Below are positions 30,428-39,695 of a stretch of 64,000 bases of DNA, in pieces. The DNA is from an uncultured Gammaproteobacteria bacterium (lineage in GTDB: Bacteria; Patescibacteriota; Microgenomatia; Daviesbacterales; UBA10151): assembly GCA_964625535.1 (NCBI GenBank), contig CAZVEX010000002.1:85559-149558 (forward strand), given 5' to 3'. A program made the position numbers and the translations under genes. How positions within the stretch are numbered: position 1 is the first letter of the stretch; every line of letters begins with the position of its first letter. Below the pieces are notes generated by a model. That model ran no database searches. It was not told the origin of the DNA and worked only from the letters and a program-made list of their open reading frames with translations.

Positions 30428-30631
30428 TTACCCCTTACCGCACACTTTGCAATCACCCATGTGGGTGGCAGCAGAATAAACTGCGGAAAGTCCAACCAAA
30501 ATGTTAAAGATTTGCACCAGGCCCAAACCGCCCAGTACCAAGTTAACTACATCAAAACCCAAAGCCGATAAACCAAGATTCACACCACCAACCCAAAGCA
30601 GGGTGTATGCTGCCATATGTAAAGCCTTCAT
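30428..30631 (-). CDS. DUF378 small membrane protein
   Basis: LLWVGGVNLGL...FDVV...ILVGLSAVY; SD-like GGGGGTGA upstream. Confidence 0.85.
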   Translation of the reverse strand: MKALHMAAYTLLWVGGVNLGLSALGFDVVNLVLGGLGLVQIFNILVGLSAVYSAATHMGDCKVCGKG

Positions 30632-30693
30632 TTTCTCACCCCCTTCCCCCTGCTTCCAGTGTAATCACAAATCAAATCTTTAATCAAGAGGGA

Positions 30694-32448
30694 TTATGAT
30701 TTCAGAATGCTTAGAAATACCTCTTGGGGGATTTCTACTTTGCCCACCATTTTCATTTTCTTTTTTCCTTTTTTCTGTTTTTCCAATAATTTGTCTTTAC
30801 GGGTTCTATCCCCACCATATAATTTAGCTGTGACATCTTTTCTGTATGACGATACAGTTTCCCGGGCAATAACCTTTCCACCAATTACTGCCTGAATAGC
30901 AATTTCAAAATTTTGTCTTGGTAAAACTTCTTTTAGTTTCTCTACCATCCGCCGGCCGACGGATTCTGCTTTCGGTCTAAAAACAATCGTAGACAGGGCA
31001 TCCACTTTTTCCCCTCCCACCAAAATATCAACACGAACAGCATCCACCTCTCTAAAGTCTAAAAATTCCCAGTCCAGGGAAGCAAACCCACTGGAAACCG
31101 ATTTTAACTTATCATAAAAATCAGTGACCATCTCTGCCAAAGGCATTTCATAAGCAAGCTCCACTTGAGCTCCAAAATGCTGCATTGTTACAAAATTGCC
31201 TCTTTTATCCTGCGTCAAATCCATGACAGCGCCAATATAGCTTTGTGGCACAAAAATTTTCAAAGATACCCAGGGTTCTTTAATATTTTTCATATTGGCC
31301 GGGTCTATTTCCGACGGATTATTGACCGGCCGATCGTTTAACAAGTATTCAACAGAAGGAGTTGTTGCCAATAAGTTGGCGTTATGTTCCTCCGATAATC
31401 TTTCCTGTACAACTTCTGCGTGAAGCAAGCCCAAAAACCCGCACCTAAATCCTGAACCCAAAGCTTGGGAATGTTCAATCTCAAAGCTAAATGCCGGATC
31501 ATTTAACTTAAATTTTTGCAAAGATTCTTTGATATCCTGATATTCATCCTGGTCTATCGGATATAAACCGACAAATACCATTGGCTTAACCTCTTTGTAT
31601 CCTAGCAAAGGAGTCACGCCTCCGGTGGATGCGATGGTGTCACCAACTCTAACCTGATCAGGCTCCTTGATGCCGGTTGCAATATAGCCAATTTCTCCAC
31701 TCTGCAATCCGTCATTTGAAACAAGCTGCGGACTAAAAAAACCGGTTTCTAAAATATGGCCTCTGGCTTTGGTTTGCAAAAAATAAACAGGCGTATTAAT
31801 TGGTGGCGTTTGCCCATTAACAATTCTCACTTGTGCAACAACACCCTTAAAAGGATCGTAAAAAGAATCAAATACCAGGGCTCGCAAGACTGTAGAGTCT
31901 GTCTTGGGAGGAGGAATTCTCTCGACTATAGCCTTCAGCAAACCTTCTACTCCTTCTCCTGATTTGGCGGAAACCAAAAGTATTTCCTGATGACTGAAGC
32001 CAAAACTATCTTCAAGCTGTTTTTTTGTATTTTCAATATCCGCATTTGGCAGATCTATCTTGTTAATAACCGGAACCAAAGTCAGATTTTGCTCCAGCGC
32101 TGCCAGACCATGGGCTAAGGTTTGAGCTTGTATTCCGGCAGTTGCATCTACTAAAAGTATCGCTCCTTCCACCGCTGCCAGCGCACGAGAAACTTCATAA
32201 GAAAAATCCACATGGCCGGGAGTATCAATTAAGTTTAGGGTGTAAGGTATAGTGTTTAGGGTATAGTTGAGTCTAACAGGGGCCAGTTTGATGGTAATGC
32301 CGCGCTCACGCTCCAGAGCCAAAGAATCCAGTAGCTGTGGTCTCATTTGATCTGCTGGGACAGTGTGGCAAATTTCCAAAAACCTATCAGCTAAAGTAGA
32401 TTTCCCGTGATCCACATGGGCAATAATACAAAAATTTCGGATCTTCAT
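30694..32448 (-). CDS. lepA: Elongation factor 4 (LepA)
   Basis: IRNFCIIAHVDHGKSTLADR, ERERGITIK, GFRCGFLGLLH, RKDVTAKLYGGD. Confidence 0.98.
   Translation of the reverse strand: MKIRNFCIIAHVDHGKSTLADRFLEICHTVPADQMRPQLLDSLALERERGITIKLAPVRLNYTLNTIPYTLNLIDTPGHVDFSYEVSRALAAVEGAILLVDATAGIQAQTLAHGLAALEQNLTLVPVINKIDLPNADIENTKKQLEDSFGFSHQEILLVSAKSGEGVEGLLKAIVERIPPPKTDSTVLRALVFDSFYDPFKGVVAQVRIVNGQTPPINTPVYFLQTKARGHILETGFFSPQLVSNDGLQSGEIGYIATGIKEPDQVRVGDTIASTGGVTPLLGYKEVKPMVFVGLYPIDQDEYQDIKESLQKFKLNDPAFSFEIEHSQALGSGFRCGFLGLLHAEVVQERLSEEHNANLLATTPSVEYLLNDRPVNNPSEIDPANMKNIKEPWVSLKIFVPQSYIGAVMDLTQDKRGNFVTMQHFGAQVELAYEMPLAEMVTDFYDKLKSVSSGFASLDWEFLDFREVDAVRVDILVGGEKVDALSTIVFRPKAESVGRRMVEKLKEVLPRQNFEIAIQAVIGGKVIARETVSSYRKDVTAKLYGGDRTRKDKLLEKQKKGKKKMKMVGKVEIPQEVFLSILKS
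32234..32268. repeat. Degenerate 7-nt tandem tract (TWTAGGG family) in lepA
   Basis: TTTAGGG TGTAAGG TATAGTG TTTAGGG TATAGTT, encoding NYTLNTIPYTLN. Confidence 0.72.
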
Positions 32449-34082
32449 TAGACAGTTTCCGGCAGGATTTCTTTAGATTTAAGCTTTGTCTGGAACTTAC
32501 CAAATCTTTTCAGAAGCTCAACATACGTATCTAATTCTCGAACTCTTAAAAACCAAACCAACATTACATAGACAGATAAGGCAAATACGGAAGAAAGAAA
32601 AGTTAAAACTAAAAGATTTATTGTCCTGGTGGTATCAAAAATCACTTGATCCAAAAGTTTGATTGGAACATATAAAGCCACACCCATGATGATGGTGGCC
32701 ATAATCATTTTCAAGAAAGGAATCAATATCTTATTCAAATTAAATTTCCCCACCTTAAAATGAAGAGCCCAAAAAAGTAAAACTGCCGAAAGAATAGCAG
32801 CAATAGAATTAGCCAAACCTATACTCCAAACATCAAGCTTCAAAATGACAATAAAGTAGACACTCAAGATAATATTTAATACCACCACAACTAAAGATAC
32901 TAAAACAGGAGTCTTGGTGTCCTTAAGCGCATAAAAACCTCTTACCAAAAGCAAGGAGATGGCTTGGGCAGAGAGCCCTATGGCAAGATAAGCTAAGGTA
33001 GCGCCTGTTAAAACAGTCGCTTCCCAATCAAACTGGCTTGCTCCAAAAACCAGTCTGACAACAGGCACTCTAAGAACTATTAAAATAGCTGCTGCTGGTA
33101 ATGCCAAAAAAAGGATTTGATGTAAGGTTGTTAGAACCGTTATCTTAAATTCCTCGATCTTGCCGCGGGCTCTTTCCGATGAAAGAACCGGCAGAGCAGC
33201 TTGGGCGAGTGTTGCCCCAAAAAGACCGATTGGAACAACTTGCAGGTGTTGAGCAAATGTTAAATAAGTCACGGATCCGATTGCAGAAAGTGATGCCAAT
33301 GCCAAGCCAACTGTCTCGTTAATCTGTTCTGCGGCAAGGCCAAAAGTTCTCACACTCATAAGCCGTATTATTTCTTTTACACCGGGATGGAAGAATTTAG
33401 GAGGAAAGCGAAACCTAAACCCCAAGCTCCAAACCAAAGGCAGTTGTATTAGAGCATGCAATAGAGCGCCCATTACTACGCCGAAAGCAGCGCCCGTAAT
33501 GCCAAAATCTTTAGATAAGAATATTATTCCCAGAATAATTCCCAAATTATAAAAAATCGGAGCCAAAGCCGGAACGATAAACCTTTGCAAGGATTGCAAA
33601 ATGCCAATAAAAAATGACCCTAAAACCAAAATAACCTGCCCAAAAAGAATAATTCTTGTCAGCGCCACAACTTGCATTTGCCGCTGCGGCGCAAAGCCCG
33701 GAGATATAAAGTTGGTAACTATCTGCTCCGACAAAACAAAAATCAGGATGGTTGCCAAAATAAATATAGACAAGAATACATTTAGTACCGCCCTTGCCAT
33801 CTCAAAAGCTTTTTCCCTGCCTTTATCTTCCAAGTTTTCTGTAAAAACAGGGATAAAAGCAACTGATAAAGCCCCCAGGATAATTATCTGAAAGATTAAA
33901 TCCGGCAACCTGAATGCCGCCCAAAAAATATCTATTTTGTCCGGCGAGAATACATGTGCCAGCAAACGATCGCGAACCAGACCTAAAACTTTAGACAACA
34001 TCATTGTTGCCATGATTATTGATGCTGCGGATAAAATTGATGTCTGCCTTGAATAAAGAAGCGTAAATAAATTTTTAACCAT
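32448..34082 (-). CDS. murJ: Lipid II flippase MurJ
   Basis: SKVLGLVRD, AFRLPD, GALSVAFIPVF, RGFYALKDTKTP. Start taken at MVKNL. Confidence 0.94.
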   Translation of the reverse strand: MVKNLFTLLYSRQTSILSAASIIMATMMLSKVLGLVRDRLLAHVFSPDKIDIFWAAFRLPDLIFQIIILGALSVAFIPVFTENLEDKGREKAFEMARAVLNVFLSIFILATILIFVLSEQIVTNFISPGFAPQRQMQVVALTRIILFGQVILVLGSFFIGILQSLQRFIVPALAPIFYNLGIILGIIFLSKDFGITGAAFGVVMGALLHALIQLPLVWSLGFRFRFPPKFFHPGVKEIIRLMSVRTFGLAAEQINETVGLALASLSAIGSVTYLTFAQHLQVVPIGLFGATLAQAALPVLSSERARGKIEEFKITVLTTLHQILFLALPAAAILIVLRVPVVRLVFGASQFDWEATVLTGATLAYLAIGLSAQAISLLLVRGFYALKDTKTPVLVSLVVVVLNIILSVYFIVILKLDVWSIGLANSIAAILSAVLLFWALHFKVGKFNLNKILIPFLKMIMATIIMGVALYVPIKLLDQVIFDTTRTINLLVLTFLSSVFALSVYVMLVWFLRVRELDTYVELLKRFGKFQTKLKSKEILPETV

Positions 34083-34144
34083 GTTTAAAAATAGTTTATC
34101 AGCTGGCTTGCTAAAAAGGTAGTGGCTATGATACCATATCCGCC

Positions 34145-34378
34145 ATGCCAATCATTAAATCAGCTATTAAAAAAGTTAGAAAAGATAAGATAAGAACAGC
34201 GCGCAACAAAAAGCGCACAGACAGCCTAAAAAGCTTAATTAAGAAGGCTCGTACCGGCAAAGCAGCTAAGGATTTACAAGCAGCTTTTTCTGCTTTGGAT
34301 AAAGCTGCCAAAGTGTACTTAATTCATCCCAACAAGGCTGCCAGATTGAAATCCAGACTGACAAAAAAATCAAAATAG
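34145..34378 (+). CDS. rpsT: 30S ribosomal protein S20
   Basis: MPIIKSAIKK...LDKAAK...IHPNKAARLKSRL. Confidence 0.96.
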   Translation: MPIIKSAIKKVRKDKIRTARNKKRTDSLKSLIKKARTGKAAKDLQAAFSALDKAAKVYLIHPNKAARLKSRLTKKSK

Positions 34379-34394
34379 GGCGTATAATATATTC

Positions 34395-34976
34395 ATGCCC
34401 AAACCTAAATCCAAGATCACCATCAATCTTGATCTTCTCAAACCACAAAGCAATCCGGAAAAACTATTGGTTAAACTTTTACGCTGGTTGCTTGGGAGTG
34501 GCCGTTTCATCTTCATTATTGTGGAGGCAGTGGTACTAATAGCTTTTTTAACCCGTTTTAAACTGGACGCTGATCTGGCCACAAGAAAAGAAACTATCGA
34601 GGAACAAATCCCCTATATTGAGAGTTTGAGGCCCTATGAAATATTAATCAGACAAACCCAACTTAAGCTATCAACCATTTATGCCTTTAACCAAAGCAAT
34701 CCAGACTATCATACATTACTGAAAAAGGTAGCCGAGCATACTCCCATCTCTGTCAAAATCAACAGCCTGAGCGTGGAAAAGGCTGTGAATAAAATAACTG
34801 TTCAAATCAATGCCCAGGCGTCAACCAACAGCGATCTGGTTACCTTTGTGAGCAGTTTAAAAGATGACCAATATTTTACCGGTGTAACCTTAGCCAGCGC
34901 GGGACTGGAAGAAAACCTTCTAAGATTTACAATTGATACATCTGTCAACATTCTGCCGGGAGAAAAAACTTTATGA
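34395..34976 (+). CDS. PilN-like type IV pilus assembly protein
   Basis: INLDLL N-terminal motif, TM helix, coiled coil, ferredoxin-like C-terminus. Confidence 0.7.
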   Translation: MPKPKSKITINLDLLKPQSNPEKLLVKLLRWLLGSGRFIFIIVEAVVLIAFLTRFKLDADLATRKETIEEQIPYIESLRPYEILIRQTQLKLSTIYAFNQSNPDYHTLLKKVAEHTPISVKINSLSVEKAVNKITVQINAQASTNSDLVTFVSSLKDDQYFTGVTLASAGLEENLLRFTIDTSVNILPGEKTL

Positions 34977-35578
34977 AAGAGTCTAATCGCTATTTTAGGT
35001 ATTTTACTTATATTAAGCCCATTACCGGCATGCCGATCGTTAAAACTTACGGTCCAGTAATCTTTACTCTTCTAATCATGACTGTTTTCGTCGTTTTCGC
35101 TATCAAGCCAACAATTGAAACAATTCTGGTGTTGCAAAAGAAACTGGCCGATGCGGATAAAATCGTTGCCCAAATTAATGAAAAGACAGAAAACTTATCA
35201 AAAGGCAAAGAAAACTACCAAAGACTTGAACAAAATGCTAGAGATAAAATTCAGCGAGCCATACCGGATACCATTGATTTAAAATCACTTATTCAAACTC
35301 TTGAACAATCCACCCGCACCTATGAGGCCTCAATTTCTGCCTTGCAAATACAACCGATAACTTTGGCCGCGACAAAAGATAATAACATTCAAAACAAGCT
35401 GCAGGAAGTGTCTTTTACTTTCAATATCGAGGCTTCTTATCAAACTTTAACTGCTATCTTACAAGATCTTAAGGCAAACAACCGGTTAATATCCATAGAT
35501 AAGTTAACATTAAATAGGCCAGGCGAGGGAAAAAGCCTGATCATGTCAATTTCCGGAAAAGCATATTTTTTAAGATAG
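34973..35578 (+). CDS. PilO-like type IV pilus assembly protein
   Basis: TM helix, coiled coil, AIP...RLISIDKL; coupled to the pilN-like gene. Confidence 0.72.
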   Translation: MKESNRYFRYFTYIKPITGMPIVKTYGPVIFTLLIMTVFVVFAIKPTIETILVLQKKLADADKIVAQINEKTENLSKGKENYQRLEQNARDKIQRAIPDTIDLKSLIQTLEQSTRTYEASISALQIQPITLAATKDNNIQNKLQEVSFTFNIEASYQTLTAILQDLKANNRLISIDKLTLNRPGEGKSLIMSISGKAYFLR

Positions 35579-35587
35579 GCTAAAAAC

Positions 35588-35755
35588 ATGACTCAAAAAT
35601 ACTGGTTTATTGTGACCATATTAACTTTGATCACAGTGATTGCCTGGGTGATTTTTGATATAGTACACACACGCTCTCAAGTAGAGATGCCTGCAAAATG
35701 GCAGGAGGTTGTCGAACCTATCAGTCCTGATTTTGATTTACAGGGACTTCAATGA
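35588..35755 (+). CDS. Small membrane protein (55 aa) in the pil cluster
   Basis: Manual translation MTQKYWFIVTILTLITVIAWVIFDIVH...EPISPDFDLQGLQ*; below the ORF track cutoff. Confidence 0.7.
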   Translation: MTQKYWFIVTILTLITVIAWVIFDIVHTRSQVEMPAKWQEVVEPISPDFDLQGLQ

Positions 35756-35758
35756 ATC

Positions 35759-36637
35759 ATGATCAAAAGTTTAAATAAATTTAAAATTCCTACTATTTTG
35801 GGACTTGCCGTTATCACCTCTGGTATAGTTATCGGCGGGTTTTTGGTTTTGAGAGAACAAATTCTCACTGCTAAAGCTAAACCCGATCTTACCCCCCAAA
35901 ATATCACCATTACTAATATTGAAGGTCAATCATTGACCATTTCCTGGCAAACTCCAGCCGAAGTTGTATCTTTCGTCACCTTTGGTCAGACTACTGTCGA
36001 TGAACAGATTATCATTGATGACAGAGATCAAAATACCCCCCAGGCACACGTCTTTCATTATGTAACTCTTAAAAATTTACAGCCAAATACAACTTATAAA
36101 TATAGAATTATCTCCGGCAAACTTAAATCGGAAATATTTGAAGTAACTACCGCTTCTCTGGCGACAGCGCAAAACGGACAAAAACCCGTTATAGGATCTG
36201 TGCTGGATGAGAATGAATCTTTAAATGAAGCCATTGCCTATTTATCCATCTCGGGAGCAGTAACTCAATCTGCGCTGGTGAAAAATTCTGGCAATTTCTT
36301 AATTCCCCTCTCTTTCGCTCGTAAAACTGATATGTCGGACGTATTTAAACCCACCGGAGAGGAAATTGCCAAAGTCACAGTCGTATCCGACAAAGGAGGG
36401 GTTAGCGCTATCTTTAATTTGCAATCGTATCAGCTTTTGCCTCCTTTAAAGATAGGCCAGAATGTAGATTTAACCGTTCCTTCTGATAACCAGATCAAAA
36501 AATTTGACCTAAACAAAGACGGTTTAATAAATTCTTCCGATTATGCACTAGCTTTAAAAAATAAGGTGGATTTAAATGGGGATGGAGCATTTGATCAAAA
36601 AGATTTAGATTTAATGCAAAAAAGAATTAACCAGTAA
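35759..36637 (+). CDS. Membrane-anchored FN3-like protein with C-terminal dockerin/EF-hand-like repeats
   Basis: TM helix, ITNI...TISWQT...HYVTLKNLQPNTTYKYRI, DLNKDGLINSSD and DLNGDGAFDQKD. Confidence 0.75.
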   Translation: MIKSLNKFKIPTILGLAVITSGIVIGGFLVLREQILTAKAKPDLTPQNITITNIEGQSLTISWQTPAEVVSFVTFGQTTVDEQIIIDDRDQNTPQAHVFHYVTLKNLQPNTTYKYRIISGKLKSEIFEVTTASLATAQNGQKPVIGSVLDENESLNEAIAYLSISGAVTQSALVKNSGNFLIPLSFARKTDMSDVFKPTGEEIAKVTVVSDKGGVSAIFNLQSYQLLPPLKIGQNVDLTVPSDNQIKKFDLNKDGLINSSDYALALKNKVDLNGDGAFDQKDLDLMQKRINQ

Positions 36638-37243
36638 AAACTCTGCTTGGGGCTCATCTAAAAGGCCGCTTTTTATTTTAAAGTCTGTTTCTAAAACAGA
36701 TTTATATAAATTTACTAACTGATCAGGAGCAAAATTAATTCTCATTTTGGCATTTTTATTTTTGACAAAATCTTTAACCCCTTTTGGTTTCGCTACCAAA
36801 TTTCTAAGGAGGTATAAAATCATAGTTATCAAATACTGGCTGTCATAGCCTGCCCTCTTGAGCTTATCCAATGCTAAAAAAGCCCTTTTGTCTCTTTGAC
36901 CCAAAAGATCTAAAAAGGGGAAAACAGATACTTCCTTTGCTTCGGGGAAAAATAAAACATCACCCTTAAAGTTTTTCGTGTCAATCTCATGATCAAACCA
37001 TAAAACTAGAGTTAAGGGATTAGGGTGTAGGGTATAGTTATTAAAACCTTCAGATGGGTTTTCCAAAATAATTAATCTGTCGCCATCAAAAAGAGACTGT
37101 GACCTTAAACTTGTCAGAATTTCCGCCGGTTCTGCCCCCTTTTCAAAAACCATGATATTCTCTGGTTCAAATTTATCTTTTATCTCTGATAATTTTTTTC
37201 TGGAAGCATCAATTGCCGGTCCGTGCAGAAGCACTGCTTTCAT
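36611..37243 (-). CDS. holA: DNA polymerase III delta subunit-like protein (short)
   Basis: LLHG, SQSLFDGDRLIILEN, VFPFLD, ETDFKIKSG. Start taken at MKAVLL. Confidence 0.72.
   Translation of the reverse strand: MKAVLLHGPAIDASRKKLSEIKDKFEPENIMVFEKGAEPAEILTSLRSQSLFDGDRLIILENPSEGFNNYTLHPNPLTLVLWFDHEIDTKNFKGDVLFFPEAKEVSVFPFLDLLGQRDKRAFLALDKLKRAGYDSQYLITMILYLLRNLVAKPKGVKDFVKNKNAKMRINFAPDQLVNLYKSVLETDFKIKSGLLDEPQAEFLLVNSFLH
37005..37039. repeat. Degenerate 7-nt tandem tract (TWTAGGG family) in holA
   Basis: ACTAGAG TTAAGGG ATTAGGG TGTAGGG TATAGTT, encoding NYTLHPNPLTL. Confidence 0.7.
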
Positions 37244-38417
37244 TTGCCACCTCCCCTGATAAAATTTTTCTGACATACTCCTGTATAATGGAAAAATCAT
37301 CATCCTGGGATATTAAAACATAAGCCCCTCCATAATCCGACGCGCTGGGATGTGTCAGCAACGATTTCCTACCTAAAGGTAAATTTTCTTTGGGCGAATC
37401 ATCCAGAATGAAACTATAACTGGTGTCCAAATCTTTTAATAGTCTGGCAAATTCCAAGGCGTCTTTCACAGAAATGTCCATGTCAATGCTACTGCCCAAG
37501 GTCTTTGCCAACTGGGAGAGTTTCTGCGCATCCAAAAGAGTCTGAAGCGATAACAGCTTATCTCTTAGTGCCTGCAAAACCTTCTGCTGTCTTTTTGATC
37601 TGGCAAAATCAGAAGCCTCACCATTTGTGCCATGTCTTGACCTGACGAATTTTAGAGCTGTCTCTCCATCCATTAAAGTTTTTCCCTCTTTAAAACCGAT
37701 GTGTTCAAATCTGCAGGTAAAATATTTTGCTCCTTGATCTTCCTCGGCCGAGTCGGTAGCAATCACCCCCTCCAATGAAATTAATACTTTTTTTCTACCT
37801 GGTTCAATATTTAACTTTTTGGCCTCTTCTTCGGAAAATTCTCTCTCTTCTTCCCTGAAACCACACAGATCTTCTTCTTTGCCGGCAATGGGGTAGTTAT
37901 AATCATCAAATGAACTTTCAACCATAACTTCAATGCCTCCCAAAATATCAACTGCCCTGACAAAGCCCCCAAAATCTACTCTTAAACCGTAATGAATCGG
38001 TAACCCGACCACATTGCCCATGACAGTTTTTGAAAGACTTATACCCTCTTTCTTTAAACTACCTGTTTGATAAACCGCATTGGCTTTAACTCGCAGAGCA
38101 GGCAGCCATAAATCTCTGGGGATGGAAATCAGATAGACTTTTTTGGTTTTAAGATTGTAGGAAGCAATAATGATAGTATCTGTGAGGGTGGCTCCGTCAT
38201 GGCTACCTCCGGCCATGCCCAATAAAAGCACATTAACAAATCCATTGGTAGATTTTAAAGTTGTGCCGGAAAAAATATAATTTACCACCGAAGAAGTGGA
38301 AGAAAGAGTAGACAGATAAATGGCCACTGCCATTAGTACCGAAACTACTAAAATAACAGGTAAAAATTTTTTAAGGAGTTTTTTCGCTCTCTTTTTTTTA
38401 AAGTCGATCCTCTTCAC
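37209..38417 (-). CDS. LCP (LytR-CpsA-Psr) family glycopolymer transferase
   Basis: NVLLLG, TDTII, SIPRD, FVRSRH, SDFARSKRQQ. Confidence 0.93.
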   Translation of the reverse strand: MKRIDFKKKRAKKLLKKFLPVILVVSVLMAVAIYLSTLSSTSSVVNYIFSGTTLKSTNGFVNVLLLGMAGGSHDGATLTDTIIIASYNLKTKKVYLISIPRDLWLPALRVKANAVYQTGSLKKEGISLSKTVMGNVVGLPIHYGLRVDFGGFVRAVDILGGIEVMVESSFDDYNYPIAGKEEDLCGFREEEREFSEEEAKKLNIEPGRKKVLISLEGVIATDSAEEDQGAKYFTCRFEHIGFKEGKTLMDGETALKFVRSRHGTNGEASDFARSKRQQKVLQALRDKLLSLQTLLDAQKLSQLAKTLGSSIDMDISVKDALEFARLLKDLDTSYSFILDDSPKENLPLGRKSLLTHPSASDYGGAYVLISQDDDFSIIQEYVRKILSGEVANESSASARTGN

Positions 38418-39128
38418 CTAAATCTCCTCATATATTTTAACAATCTTAATAAACTCTTCTGCATCCAAAGAAGCATTGCCTACCAAAACTCCAGCAATAT
38501 TTTCCTGGATAATAAAGCCTTTTACATTTGATGAATCTACGCTTCCCCCGTAGATAACTGCTAATTCTTGTCCATATTTTTGCTTAAAAACTCCTGCCAC
38601 TTTAGCCGCATCCTCTGGGTTATCAACCCTCCCAACTCCCGGGGTATTGGTCAAACCGGTACTAATTGCCCATATCGGTTCATAAGCAATCATGTTGCAC
38701 CCTTGAGGCACTGGTGTCTCCTCATCTTGGACACAAACCAAGGGAATAATTTTATTATTTATTGCTTGTTCTACCTTTTTCGCTACCATCTCATCTGTTT
38801 CATTAAAATTTTTTTTCCTTTCAGAATGACCCAGAATTGATAAGTCAACCAAATCCTTTAGAAGCTCTGCTGACTCTTCCCCTGTATAAGCACCCGTCCC
38901 AAAAGGTGATAAATCCTGTGATCCCACCATCATGGGAAAATTTCCCACAGTCACTGCTTTTTTAACTTCTGATAAAGCGCTGAAAGTCGGGCAAATGACA
39001 ATTTTTAAATTCTCATTTTTGGGAAGTTGTGGTCCAACTTTGGCCACCCAATCCAGAGCTTCTGTGATATTCTTGTTTGATTTCCAATTAGCTATAATCC
39101 AAATATTTTTCTTAACCCCACCATCCAT
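38418..39128 (-). CDS. tpiA: Triosephosphate isomerase
   Basis: ANWK, GAYTGE, GHSER, AYEPIWAI, YGGSV. Confidence 0.95.
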   Translation of the reverse strand: MDGGVKKNIWIIANWKSNKNITEALDWVAKVGPQLPKNENLKIVICPTFSALSEVKKAVTVGNFPMMVGSQDLSPFGTGAYTGEESAELLKDLVDLSILGHSERKKNFNETDEMVAKKVEQAINNKIIPLVCVQDEETPVPQGCNMIAYEPIWAISTGLTNTPGVGRVDNPEDAAKVAGVFKQKYGQELAVIYGGSVDSSNVKGFIIQENIAGVLVGNASLDAEEFIKIVKIYEEI

Positions 39129-39411
39129 ACTTTTTCAAGTCTACCATGAAATCAGCTGTGACTTCCACCCCTTCTTTCTCAAGAAAAGCTTTTTGTAAAG
39201 CCTTGGGGTGATCCAAACACTTGGTGGAAATAAATCCATGTCGGTTGATCACCCGATGCCATGGCGAGGCCTCAATATTAAAATGCAATACTCCACCAAC
39301 TAATCTGGCCCCTCTTGGCAACCCGGCCAAAGTGGCTACAGTTCCATAGGTGGTAACTTGGCCATAGGGAATAGATTTAACTATTTCTATAACCTTATCT
39401 TTAAAATTCAT
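39112..39411 (-). CDS. Alkyltransferase-like protein (MGMT/ATL family)
   Basis: IPYGQVTTYG and PWHRVIN, with Trp in place of the catalytic Cys (ATL type). Confidence 0.9.
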   Translation of the reverse strand: MNFKDKVIEIVKSIPYGQVTTYGTVATLAGLPRGARLVGGVLHFNIEASPWHRVINRHGFISTKCLDHPKALQKAFLEKEGVEVTADFMVDLKKYGWWG

Positions 39412-39665
39412 TGCTGAAGAAGTTTTATCAGTTCAGACTTTGAGGTGACACCAATCCGCCGGCCAATTTCTTTGCCATCTTTTAAAACAATATAAGTAGG
39501 AATACTCATCACTCCAAACTCGGCAGCCTTCCCCGGATTTTCGTCCACATTAATTTTTTCAATTTCTACTTTCCCTTTAAGTTCTTTTTCCAGCTCCTCT
39601 AAAACCGGCTCCATCACTCTACATGGCCCGCACCAGCTGGCCCAAAAATCTAACAGTTTAACCAT
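39408..39665 (-). CDS. trxA: Thioredoxin
   Basis: DFWASWCGPC, SIPT. Confidence 0.93.
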   Translation of the reverse strand: MVKLLDFWASWCGPCRVMEPVLEELEKELKGKVEIEKINVDENPGKAAEFGVMSIPTYIVLKDGKEIGRRIGVTSKSELIKLLQQ

Positions 39666-39695
39666 AGATTTAATATGATAACATATAACACAATA

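Noticed and set aside
32234-32268. TTTAGGG as eukaryotic telomere contamination
   Set aside because: The tract is short, degenerate and in frame within an intact bacterial lepA.
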